NCBI RefSeq assembly: GCF_006345805.1
Contig: NC_043018.1
Span: forward strand, 25,048,001 to 25,112,000
Source of the DNA: Octopus sinensis
Taxonomy: Eukaryota
Reading direction: 5' to 3'
Length of the DNA: 64,000 bases
Each line of letters starts with the position of its first letter. Within the stretch, counting starts at the first letter, position 1. A program made the translations under genes and the position numbers. Positions 11,443 through 23,659 of the stretch are shown here, piece after piece. The notes under the pieces were generated by a model. The model saw only the letters and a list, made by a program, of their open reading frames with translations, was not told the DNA's origin and searched no databases.

Positions 11443-11566
11443 GGTTTCGCATCTATAAAGCGCTTAGCAGCATAGGCAAATCGTCAGACTCCAATAGCAG
11501 ATGCGCCTTCAGGCATTTGAGTCTGTCGAGTCCCTATACTGCACAGCGTTTTATAGGTGCGAAACC
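11443..11566. other. 124-nt imperfect foldback hairpin (mini-MITE or structured RNA)
   Basis: GGTTTCGCATCTATAAAGCGCT pairs with AGCGTTTTATAGGTGCGAAACC. Further stems run inward to a GCC-TTCA-GGC apical loop. Confidence 0.7.
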
Positions 11567-11638
11567 AACGGACACTCAATGGATGGCCATAACTTTTAAC
11601 TTCCTAAAACATATTTACATACCTATATACGTGTATAT

Positions 11639-12511
11639 AGAATTTCTCACGTAGAACACGGTTTACTCTGAACGTTTTTGACAAAATTTCCTATTTCAGA
11701 AGTTATATCGTGTTAGAGTTGTCGTATTTAGGTAATTTCAACCAATCAACGACGTGTATTCCGTTGAAGAAAGCTGTTTGCGATAGTAATCGAAAAGGAA
11801 AAACTTCCGGGTCATCCCTACTAAATGTCACCACTGTTCTATTCGTCACCTTTATCCTTTCTTCCTTTCTAGTCAGCACCGTGCATTCCTTACTCTTCCC
11901 CTCCCTTCTAAACTATCAACTAGCAACCAGCGAGCGAACTTGTCATTTCCACTACAATTACCGAATTTTCCGGTGTATAAGCCGCTATTTGTTTTGATAA
12001 TGTTATTTTTAATCTAATAAAGACTTTTATAGTTATTTCTTTAGTGTCCACAGAGGGCTAAACATAGAAGGGACAAACAAGGAGAGACAAACGGATTAAG
12101 TCGATAACATCGACCTCAGTGCGTAATTGGTACTTATTTAATCGACTCCGAAAGGATGAAAGGCAAAGTCGACCTCGGCGGAATTTGAACTCAGAACGTA
12201 AAGACAGACGAAATACCTATTTCTTTACAACCCACAGGGTGACATTTAGTAGAGATGACCAGGAAGTTGTTCCTCTTCGATTACTACTATCGCAAACAGC
12301 AGTAAGCTTTCTTCTACCGAGTACACGTCGTTGATTGGTTGAAATTACCCAAATACGACAATACGAAATAACTTCTAAAATAGGAAATTTTGTCAAAAAC
12401 GTTCAGAGTAAACAGTGTTCTACGTGAGAAATTCTACCAAAATTCGAAGATTCAAACTGTTTAGTTAACAATAATTAATTAAAAAATCTGTGATTGAGAT
12501 GGAATAGATCC
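11639..12511. mobile_element. Long-TIR non-autonomous DNA transposon (left terminus lost) containing a SINE B
   Basis: 11639-11831 and 12239-12435 are inverted repeats of about 195 bp. The right end (..GATCC) resembles the termini at 31362 and 32371/32736. Confidence 0.75.
12034..12238 (-). mobile_element. SINE family B unit preceded by the 3' end of another unit
   Basis: Minus strand reads ..GTGGGTTGTAAAGAAATAG|GTATTTCGTCTG..GTCGACTTTGCCTTTCATCC..AAAGAAATA. Confidence 0.85.
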
Positions 12512-12521
12512 CATACATACA

Positions 12522-12554
<33 letters not shown>

Positions 12555-12555
12555 T

Positions 12556-12787
12556 TATTTCTTTACTACCCACAAGGGGCTAAACATAGAGGGGACAAAC
12601 AAGGACAGACAAAGGGATTAAGTCGATTCCATCGACCCAGTGCGTAACTGGTACTTAATTTATCGACCCCGAAAGGATGAAAGGCAAAGTCGACCTCGGC
12701 GGAATTTGAACTCAGAACGTAACGGCAGACGAAATACAGCTACGCATTTCGCCCGGCGTGCTACCGTTTCTGCCAGCTCGCCACCTT
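12556..12787 (-). mobile_element. SINE family B, full length
   Basis: Head plus GTCGACTTTGCCTTTCATCCTTTCGGGGTCGATAAATTAAGTACCAG central block plus tail. Confidence 0.9.
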
Positions 12788-12805
12788 CAAGTGTATATAT
12801 ATATA

Positions 12806-13140
12806 TTGCTTACCAACCACATGGTTCCAGGTTCAGTCCCACTGCATGGCACTTTGGGCAAGTGTCTTCTACTATAGCCTCGGGGAGACCGAAGCCTTGT
12901 GAGTGGATTTGGTAGACAGAAATTGAAAGAAGACCGTCGTATATATGCATGTGTGTGTGTGCGTGTGTGTGTGTGTGTTCCCCCCCCACCAACGCTTGAC
13001 AACCGATGCTGGTGTGTTTATGTCCCTGTAACTTAGCACTTCGGCTGAAGGAACCGATAGAATAGGTACTAGGCTTACAAAGAATAAGTCCCGGGGTCGA
13101 TTTGTTCGCGGTCAAATGACTGAAACAAATAAAAGAAAAA
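12806..13140 (+). mobile_element. SINE family A, 5'-truncated
   Basis: Homology to full copies. Confidence 0.8.
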
Positions 13141-13262
13141 AATATACATATACATACATGTGTGTGTGAGTGTATGTGCGTGTGCGTGTCAAGCCACCAC
13201 CTGACAGTCGGTATCGGCGTGTTTAAGTTCCCGCTAGGTAACGGTTCATCAATTGGAGGAAC

Positions 13263-13668
<406 letters not shown>

Positions 13669-14349
13669 GATGTTGCCTGTTGCTTCCGTCTCACAAATTT
13701 TGATGTCTTTCTACTTACATTGGCTACCGTTTCCTCCCCTTCCTCTCTCACTTCTCCTCTTTCATTACACCTCTCCTTACACTCTCAGCTTTTCCTTCTC
13801 CTCCTCCCTCTCCGTCTCAGTCACTTCTCTCTGTAATGCCTACACCCGTTCCTCTCATTCTCTTTCATTTTATGATAGCTTTTCTTCTCTGAATGCCGCA
13901 TCCCATCGTTTCCCACCAACCTCTTTGTTGGCGTATTTTATATTTACTCTTTCGTCCCCTTTCCTTCTCTCTCTCTCTCTCTCCCTCTTCATTTGTTCTC
14001 CCTATTTTCCTTGTATATTTAACTTTAAACAACTGTCTTAACCTCTTAACATTCTCCATACATCCTCCCCTTCCTCCAACTTTCTCTTTACTCCATAGTC
14101 TTTCACTCATCCCTCAACTTGACTCCCCTCTTTTCCCTCACTCATTGTAGTACTGTCTCCTTGTCTTTCGACTTTTTGACTTCTCTCTCACCATTCTTTC
14201 TTTCCGTCACCCTATCTCTGTTTATCTTTTATCTTTTATTCTTTTACTTGTTCCAGTCAGTGAACTGCGGCCATGCTGGAGCACCACCTTGAAGGACTTT
14301 TGTCGAACGAATCATCGACCCCCCAAATTTATTTCAGATTCGTATTTAG

Positions 14350-14520
14350 GCGTAGGAGTGGCTGTGTGGTAAGTAGCTTGCTTTAAGAACCACATGGTTC
14401 CGGGTTCAGTCCCCCTGCGTGGCACCTTGGGCAACTGTCTTCTACTATAACATCGGGTCGACCAAAGCCTTGTGAGTGGATTTGGTAGACGGAAACTGAA
14501 AGAAATCCGTCGTATATATG
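14350..14520 (+). mobile_element. SINE family A head module only
   Basis: Ends at CCGTCGTATATATG with no 3' module. Confidence 0.8.
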
Positions 14521-14521
14521 T

Positions 14522-14706
14522 GTGACGCCATGATAGATCGTTAGCCACAACACGCATTTTTTTTCTCCTTGTTTTTTCTGTGTCCCGTTCTGTAGAAGAG
14601 CGTAGGCTCGAAATATAAAAGACTTTTTCTATTCCTGAACGTTATACTAATACATCTGCTTGTTTTGTACACCACCTGTCTTCGTCTTTTGTTTTTTTCG
14701 TAAACA
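14522..14706 (+). mobile_element. Putative Penelope-like solo terminal repeat with hammerhead-like motif
   Basis: CTGTAGA-A-GAGC-gtag-GCTC-GAAA at 14590-14613. Homologous to 32255-32820 (minus strand) and to the 3' fragment at 30835-30900. Confidence 0.55.
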
Positions 14707-15074
14707 TGTATGTATGTATGTATGTATGTATGTATGTATGTATGTATGTATGTATGTATGTATGTACGTATGCACGTATTCACGTATGTACGTATGTATG
14801 TAATCTTGAAATAAAACTGAACAATGACATACATACATACATATATATGTACGTACGTGCATCCGTGCATGTATGCATACATACATATACACACACACAT
14901 ACATACACAGACATGAATGCATGTATGTATATAATTGATGGGCTTCTTTCAGTTTCCGTCTACCAAATCCACTCACAATTGTTTGATCTGCCCAGGACTA
15001 GAGTAGGAGGGACTTGCCCAAGGTGTCACACAGTGCGCCCATAAATATATGAAATTATTTAACCTTTTATATAT

Positions 15075-15445
15075 GTGTGTGTTTGGGGGAGTCTTTATAT
15101 ATGTGTTCGTCTCTTGACAACCGGTGTTGGTTTGCTTACAACCCCGTTAACTAGCAGTTAACCCTAAGACACCGAGAGAATGCGGTATCGATTCGTTCGA
15201 CTAAAGCCATCTAAGGCGGTGCTCCAGCATGGCCGCAGTCATGTAAAAGAAAACGTGTGTGTGTGGGGGGGAGTCTTTATATATGTGTTCGTCTCTTGAC
15301 AACCGGTGTTGGTTTGCTTTCAACCCCGTTAACTAGCAGTTAATCCTAAGACACCGAGAGAATGCGGTGTCGATTCGTTCGACTAAAACCATCTAAGGCG
15401 GTGCTCCAGCATGGCCGCAGTCATGTAAAAGAAAACGTGTGTGTG
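15075..15445 (+). repeat. 182-bp tandem duplication of a SINE A-like 3' module
   Basis: GTCTTT at 15091 and 15273. Copies are near-identical, with junctions in (TG)n. Confidence 0.92.
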
Positions 15446-16027
15446 TGTGTGTGTGTGTATTTCAGTGGCGATTCCTACAGTCGGGCTGTTCGGGCTTAGC
15501 CCGAGTATAAGTGAACGTTTATTTGCAAGCTGGTTTAATTTCTGCCAAAACTGACTTCAAGTATGTAATTCCAGCTAATAACTTGGGCTCCTTTTATTGA
15601 GCCTGGTCGCAGTTCATTTATTTTCGTTCAGCGTCTGGTGGTCGTCTTAGAGTTTCCCTGTGTCAAAATATATCATTCATAGAGGACGTTCTCTGGACAT
15701 CACTCACACACGCCTGACTCTGGCTCAGAAGTTACAGCCCGAGTTATCTATAATCGTAAAAATTAAAAAGAATTAAAATTCAACGTTTTCTTGAAACAAT
15801 AAATTTCTATAGCGATTAGGATTTAAATTCCAATCTATGAAAAGTTTCCGTTCTACAATATTCTTAAAGGAACGAAAATTTATCCAGCAACTCGGGCAAA
15901 TTCGAACGAGCCTGGTAGGTGTAAAAGACTAACTGGTATCTCTTGTCAAGAGTACAAGCGACAGTCAGATCGTTGATGTTTGTTGTGCACTCCGCTGTCG
16001 TTATTTGATTGCTGGTATTCTGTATAA

Positions 16028-16265
16028 AGGCGGCGAGCTGGCAGAAACGTCAGCACGCCGGGCGAAATGCGTAGCCGTATTTTGTCTGCCGTTACGTTCT
16101 GAGTTCAAATTCCGCCAAGGTCGACTTTGCCTTTCATCCTTTCGGGGTCGATGAATTAAGTACCAGTTACGCACTGGGGTCGATATAATCGACTTAATCT
16201 GTTTGTCTGTCCTTGTTTGTCCCCTCTGTGTTTAGCCCCTTGTGGGTAGTAAAGAAATAGGTATT
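16028..16265 (+). mobile_element. SINE family B, full length
   Basis: AGGCGGCGAGCTGGCAGAAACG head through AAAGAAATAGGTATT. Confidence 0.92.
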
Positions 16266-16865
16266 CTGTGCGTCTGTGCGTTAAGATCAGTAGTGTTTTG
16301 CAGGGTTGCTTTATTTTTATCCTTAATGGTAAACCCGAGTAACGAAATCTGTGATGAGCCCGAGTGACGTTGATGACCTGGGGTCGCCTTTGATATATAT
16401 ATATACATGAGAAACTGTAATGACAAGCAAACCTACTCATCTACTGAGACTCAAGTTCAAATCTCTTGAGCACTTCGAAATGTATTCTATATAGAGAAAG
16501 CCTGTCTCTAACCTATGTGTGTGTGTGTGTGTGTCACCTGTTGACAATCGGTGTTGGTGACTTTATGTACCCCGGCAAAAGAGTTCAATAAAATAAGTCC
16601 CTATCTTAAAACGTAAGTACTAGGATCGATCCGTTCGACTGAGATTCTTCAAGGCAGTGCCCCAGCATGGCCACAGTCCAATGACTGCCAGAAGTAAACG
16701 ATATATATAATATATATATATATATATACATATTCTTTTATTTGTTTCATGCATTTGACGGCGGCCATGCTGGAGCACTGCCTTTAGTGGAACAAATCGC
16801 CCCCAGGACTTATTCTTTGTAAGCCTAGTACTTATTCTATCGTTTCCTTTTGCCGAACCGCTAAG

Positions 16866-17062
16866 TATAAATTTCTACACTAGGCACAAGGTCTGAAAAT
16901 TTTTTTGGGGGTGGTGGTGGAGGGGCAGTCGATTAGATCGATCCCCAGTAGGCAACTGGTACTTATTTAATCGACCTCGAAAGGATGAAAGGCAAAGCCG
17001 ACCTCGGCGGAATTTGAACTCAGAACGAAATACCGGTAAACCTTTCGCCACCTCGCCACCTT
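16866..17062 (-). mobile_element. SINE subfamily B2 (B head and central block, GCCTTGTGCCTAG tail)
   Basis: Homology to the 41068-41302 copy. Confidence 0.8.
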
Positions 17063-17079
17063 ATATGTATATATGTTTA

Positions 17080-17324
17080 TAAACGAGGGTGCAAAATAAC
17101 ACCGGCGATTGCTAGAAATTTAACTCGCAAAACCACTAAAGGCACTAACTTTATGATAGTCACGGGATTCGGGCACAGCAAGTTAAACGAGCTTTCCCCT
17201 TGTGAGATAAACTCACAGAATGAAATAGTTGGACAAAGGCTAAGGTGAGTGCCTTTAGTGGCTTTCCGAATTAAATTTTGACTCTCATTTCTAGCAATCG
17301 CCGGTGCTATTTTGCACTCATTTA
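17080..17324. mobile_element. MITE with TA ends (Tc1/mariner-like)
   Basis: TIR TAAACGAGGGTGCAAAATAACACCGGCGATTGCTAGAAAT versus ATTTCTAGCAATCGCCGGTGCTATTTTGCACTCATTTA. Subterminal inverted 14-mer at 17133-17146 and 17248-17261. Confidence 0.8.
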
Positions 17325-17447
17325 TTAATTCCTTTTTGGCTTTTAATTGCTAACGAGCCACCTATATTATACTGCATTTAATATATCTTAATATATTAAC
17401 ATATCATTATAATATCTTACTGCATATATATATCTTTGTTTTTTTTC

Positions 17448-17853
17448 TTTTTACTTTTTTACTTGTTTCAGTTATTTTGACTGCGGCCATGCTGGTGCAC
17501 CGCCTTTAATCGAGCAACTCGACCCCGGGACTTATTCTTTGTAAGCCCAATACTTATTCTATCGGTCTCTTTTGCCGAACCGCTAAGTGACGGGGACATA
17601 AACACACCAGCATCGGTTGTCAAGCAATGCTAGGGGGACAAACACAGACACACAAACATACACGCACATACATATATATATACATATATACGACGGACTT
17701 CTTTCAGTTTCCGTCTACCAAATCCACTCACAAGGCCATGGTCGGCCCGAGGCTATAGTAGAAGACACTTGCCCAAGGTGACACGCAGTGGGACTGAACC
17801 CGGAACCATGTGGTTGGTAAACAAGCTACTTACCACACAGCCATTCCTGCGCC
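17448..17853 (-). mobile_element. SINE family A, full length
   Basis: Reverse complement of the 6729-7132 type. Confidence 0.9.
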
Positions 17854-17999
17854 TGTAATATATATATTATATATAATATATATATATTATATATATTATA
17901 TATATTATATTATATATATATATATATTATATATATATATATATCCACCTTTTCACCTCTCTCTCGATTATTTTCATTTTCTCCTTTATAACCTTAGTA

Positions 18000-20140
18000 T
18001 CGCTTTTCCTTCATCTTCTTCTTCTTCTCTCATTTAAATATCCCCCCCATCACCATCGCGGTCACTAGCGTGCCCTCCACCTTTCCCCCTTCTCTTAGAC
18101 TTTCCTTATCTCAACATCACCCCTTACCTTCCACCACACCTTGACTTTTACCCTCACGGCTATTACTTTCTCCCCTCCCTTCCTCACTTTCCGCTACATC
18201 TTTCACCTTTACTTCTCCCTCCTCTCTCTCTCTCTCTATATATATATATATCTGTCTCTCTCTCCCTCATTTCTCCTCTTTCCTTTTAGCATCCCCTTCC
18301 TCCTCGTTACTCTCTCATATTACATGTAATCCTTACAGCTACCGTTCAGACGCTTCCCCTATTTTCTTTCAATCGTTTTTATACACTTTCTCTTCCCCAC
18401 TCTCTCTCTCTCTCTTTCGTTCCCTCCCATTCTTATACCTTTTCTTTTACTTTCACTCTCACCATCATCAGCACCACTGTCAACTCTCTTCACACTTAAC
18501 TTCTCTCACTCTCTCTTTCACTCTCATCCTTTCTCTCTCACACACTCTCTCATCTCCCTAAACCCCTTCTCCCTTAACTTTCTCCCATTCTTCATTACTC
18601 TCTCTCTTATATTATCTCTCTTTACTTTATCTCTCCCTCGCAATCATTTACTTTCTCTCTATATATCGTTACCAAGCTTTGCCTCTTACCTCTCCCACCA
18701 TTACACTCTTCAACCTTACTTTTTCATTTCTCTCACCCTCTCTTCTACCTTACTCTTTCTCTCTTACTCTCCCTATCATATGTTGCTCTCTTTCATCTCC
18801 AGCTCACTCACTCACTCTGTCTCTCTCTTCCTTTCTCTCTCTCTCTCTCTGCTTTCTACATCTTTCTGTCTTTATCCATCTTCACTCTACTTTCTTTCTC
18901 CCCTTCCCCCATAGCTTTCTTCAACGTCAACACACACACACACACGAGTATACAACCCCACCACACACATATACACAACCACACACATTTTGTTTCTTTC
19001 GCTTTCTCCTTCTCTTTCTCACAATCTTTTTTCTACCTTCTCAGTGTATCTTCACCTTCTTCCTCTCTCCCCCCTCTCTTTCTCTTTCACACTCATGCAC
19101 ACACACATACACGCAAATCACACATAAACACATACAAAATCTCTAACTCTTAAGACGCACACAGAAATACACAGAAACGCATAAACATATACACGCTATC
19201 TGCTACTTTTTAAGCACATACACACACACACTTGGCTCATTCCTTCCTGTTCTTCTTATTTACTCCTTGTTTTCATCGTAAACACACACACACATACCAC
19301 ACACACATACACACACACACATACAAACACACGTTTCTTATTTATTTCTTCACACACGTAAACACACACACACATACTCACATACTCCCTCATACCCATA
19401 CACGAGTTTTATTACACATTTTCCTTACACGCGCGCGTACACACACATTAAACACATATACACACATACAAGATACACAGACACACACACGCCCGCACAA
19501 CAGATATATATACATACATACATACATACATATATGCATACATACATACACACATACATACATATATATATATATATATACACATATACACGGACACACC
19601 GGATATATATAGATATGTATATACATACACACACATATATACATTTACTCTAACAGAAACACACACACACGTACACACACATACATATAAATATATATAC
19701 ATATATATATACACACATATACATCATACATTTACTGTCTCTGTTTTACCTTCTCCTCACTACAACTACCACCTTTCTCCTCCTTTCCCTCCCTCCTCGT
19801 CCTCCGTCTTGCTTTGTACCTCTCTTTCTCCCTTTTTCTTCCTCCCCTTCTCCTCTTATACTCTGCTATAGCCTCCCTCCCCTACTTCATCTATTGGTAT
19901 GCATTACTTACACACACACACACACACCATTCTAATACGTTAAACACTCACACATAACGCGCACACACACACACACATGTATTTATACATATACGCATAC
20001 TTACCGACACGCACACACACATACACACTCACGCATTTGCCTTCCTTCCTTCCTGCCTTACCTACCAACCAACCAACCAACCAGCCAGCCAACCAGCCAA
20101 CCAGCCTACCCCCCTACCTACCGTCCTACCTACCTATCTT
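18000..20140. repeat. Low-complexity CT-rich then CA/TA-rich tract
   Basis: Degenerate (CT)n, (CA)n, (TACA)n and (CCAA)n. The ORFs here are compositional artefacts. Confidence 0.85.
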
Positions 20141-21662
20141 GGCTAGTTTGGTGGGTTGTGCTTTTTCTTTTTTTTTTTTCTAGTGCCCGGTTTTTTTTCT
20201 ATCAATTCCTCTGTTGGTTCGGCTTTTTCTCTTTTTCTCTTTTTCCTTCATTTTTTTTTTCTTGTTTATTCATTAACACTAGTCGTGTGTACTTGCAGTC
20301 CCGCTTACAGACGGGCTCGGAGGAAACAAACACGTTACAATTCTCTAAACAAACAACACCAACATAACATTAAGAAAGCTCCCCTGAAAATAGCTTAATT
20401 TATATATAAAATAAGCGTTTAATTTAATATACGTTTACACCCACCTCTCACCTTCCCTAGCTTGCTAATTATGTAATTTCAAATATTAAATATATGTGAT
20501 AATTTCAAATTAAATTTAGCTAACATAGGCAATCATCAGTCAAGAACGAGAAGTATCTTAACAGAAAACAATAGACGTAACGAAAGCTTGCCTCTTATTT
20601 ATATCACTCCCAACAAGTATCTTAAGTAATATATAATACATAATTGTTTTTTAATTCAAATTTAATTCGATATAGCATAATAATAAACATTGGGAAATCA
20701 ATGTTAAATTATTAAGTCCAATATTTAAAGAAAAGGAAAATACAAGTAAAAAATCATCAAATCTTAAGTCATTATTTTTCAGTACTTCACTTCATAAACA
20801 ACGAGACACATTCGCTTTCTGGAATACTTTTTACGTATATTTAAAATAAGCACGGAAATCGCTTTACCAGGAATACTTGTACAGATACTCGCACAGAACA
20901 AAAACGGAAAGGACTTTGTTTTTATAAAGAAAGAATAAGTTTAAGTTTAAAACAAGATAATACCCATCACCCATACAGGAAGAGAAAGAACGATATATAT
21001 ACACATTTAAAGGAGAATTTTATCATTTTTGAAGTATTATGTATTGGTTTATCTTCTTATCTCGGACTTAAACTGTAACAGTTATTCTACTGTTTATCGT
21101 ATTTGGATATTTGCTTATTCCGACGATTTTCTTTTACGTTCAGGTAAAGTATTGAGTTGCTTTTTTTATATATACTTTATGTTACAAAAGAAAAGAAAAA
21201 TTAACAAAACTTAGTCAATGATATAACTGTAATTATTTCATTAATTGATTAACTATTATTGTGTTTATTATCATCAATGTTTGCTGTAACATTTAGTTGA
21301 GATTTTAAAGAAAAAACATTTCGATGCATGATGTGTGTACTTGTAAATTGTAAGCCGCTATGTGTGTGAGTGTGTGTGTGTGTGAATGAGATGTCGGTTG
21401 TGTGAAAAAGAGTGCGCGTGTGCGTACTTGTATGCGTGTGTGTGTGTCAGCGTGTGTGTGTGTCAGCGTGCGTGTGCATGTGTGTATTGTAATCTGTTGT
21501 GTGTATGCAACAGGTTTATGATGTGAGTGTGGGACCAGATTTCTTTTTTTTCGTTTTTCTCTTTAATAATAAAAGCATGACGCTTTGTTTAAATCATATA
21601 TCGTTATTATGACAGACGTATATCTGTGCATGTATATAGCTCTCTACTTACCTATCTGTCTG

Positions 21663-21736
<74 letters not shown>

Positions 21737-21852
21737 CATCTATCTATCTATCTATGCATGTATGTATGTATCTAACTATATATATATATGTATGTATATA
21801 TGCGTAAATCTATCTGTCTACCTCTCTATGTATCTATCTATTTATCTCTCTC

Positions 21853-21935
<83 letters not shown>

Positions 21936-21995
21936 ATGTAAACACATACACACACACATACATATTATACCTATTTATCTCTCTCTCTCTCCATT

Positions 21996-22030
<35 letters not shown>

Positions 22031-22504
22031 TATATATGCGACCTGTATCACTTTTACTGTTTCTATCATTCTTTAACATTTCCTAAATATGATGTAATAT
22101 ACGATACACACACACACACACGTGTGCATGTGTGTAATTTTTTATATAATTTCATACTATTTAATTTTATTTTGTTTATATTTACATATAAATCTACGAG
22201 CGCGCGTATGGCGTGTGTGTGTGCCTTACATTGTTGCGTAGGGTTGTTATTGTTCCCTTCACAAGTAGGGAACGGCATGGAGGACCTCAAATCCAAATTT
22301 GTATCTTATGTGTAACCCTGTAACGTTATGGAAATAATTTTTTAAAACTTCCGGCTTAAATCGAATCCTAAACGCGGTTTCAATTCTTTCTTCCAAATTA
22401 TTCGTTTTCTTAAAGGGGAAATGCATTAACGTCACAACTTCAACTGACCTTTGTTCTTAAACAAAATATGATTTCCTGATGAGCCAACTAGAGTGTCCTT
22501 ACCT

Positions 22505-22915
22505 GATCGTTCGACTGACTAGTAACAGCAGCCAAATCTCCCTCAAACCACGCACTACCCTCTCGGGAAAGAAAAGGACGCATGGTATGACTTAGTCCTT
22601 ATTATTTCTACGAAAACGGGATGGCCACATCGAGAACACTTTTAGTTAGAGGTCCGCTAAATCAGGGATGATTCGGGGTTAAAGAACAATAAAACCTAAT
22701 TGAGTGGTCAATGGACTCGCTAGAAATAGCAGCCAAATCTGCAAATCACACGCTTTTGTTGTCTTAGAAAAGGGCACATTGGTTAGTGTAATATAGCCGT
22801 GGGGCGCACTGTGTATTTGCGAAAAAAGATATGATGGTCACGATTGGAATGCCATTGCTCATTGTTATGCTCGATCAAGCTTGATTTGGAGCTACATAAC
22901 AAAACAAACAACAAC
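22505..22915 (+). mobile_element. Two tandem 3' fragments of a further SINE/LINE family (GCTAGAAATAGCAGCCAAATC..GGGATGG..(AAC)n)
   Basis: Motif occurs at about 22515 and 22718. Relatives at about 33010, 40480 and 49630. Confidence 0.6.
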
Positions 22916-23438
22916 AAACAAAAAAAAAAACGATTTATATTGATGAATTTTTTTTTAAGAAGTCCTTTTTACTCTTAAAAACCTTTACCATTTTCATTTC
23001 TTCAAGAAATGAAAGTTTTGCGTTTTACTAATTCTTTAGTTTATGCATTAACTAAAAAAAAATGCTCCAGCGTGGTCGTGACCCGTGACAGTAGCACCGC
23101 CTTGAATAACAATAATTCACGGTCATGAATATTCTTTTCTACTCTAGGCACAAGGCCCGAAATTTTGGGAGAGGGGAGGAGCAGTCGATTAGATCGACCC
23201 CTGTACGCAACTGGTCCTTAATTTATCGACCTCGAAAGGATGAACGGCAAAGTCGACCTCGGCGAAAAGATATGAATATTACAATCTATTATTTCGTTTA
23301 ACTTTTAAAAGTGCTCTCCCAGAGCCAACGAATATCGCGCCTCAACAAATGTTTTGCGAGTTTAAAAAAAACAAAAAATTGGATGAATTTGTGGCGGGAG
23401 TCTAAAGAGAGTTACATACCCAAAGAATTCTACAATTT

Positions 23439-23659
23439 TACGAGGGGGTGCTGAAAAGTTCCTGGCTTTAACGGTGTCGCGAATGGCCTGGTTGGATGCC
23501 CAGTCTTCTGAGTTCCTTTACAGGGCTTAGAAAAACTGAAGGACAGCAGCAATGAGTGTGTGAATCAGAGAGGCGAATATGTTGGATAAAATCGTAATTA
23601 ACTGAATCTCCTGTATTTCCTTTTGCGCAAAGTCAGGAACTTTTCGTCACCCTCTTGTA
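23439..23659. mobile_element. mariner-like MITE
   Basis: TA-CGAGGGGGTGCTGAAAAGTTCCTGG ... CAGGAACTTTTCGTCACCCTCTTG-TA. A second copy lies in the opposite orientation at about 39686-39896. Confidence 0.8.

Noticed and set aside
15465-15520. CAGTGGCGATTCC.. as a transposon left end
   Set aside because: No matching right TIR or TSD was found, so it is too weak to call.
16345-16452. GTGATGA..CTGA pair resembling a C/D snoRNA
   Set aside because: No convincing terminal stem, a (TA)n tract lies inside, and no guide is recognisable.
22464-22500. CTGATGAG motif as a hammerhead
   Set aside because: No stem II or GAAA follows. The same applies to CTGATGAG at about 63047.
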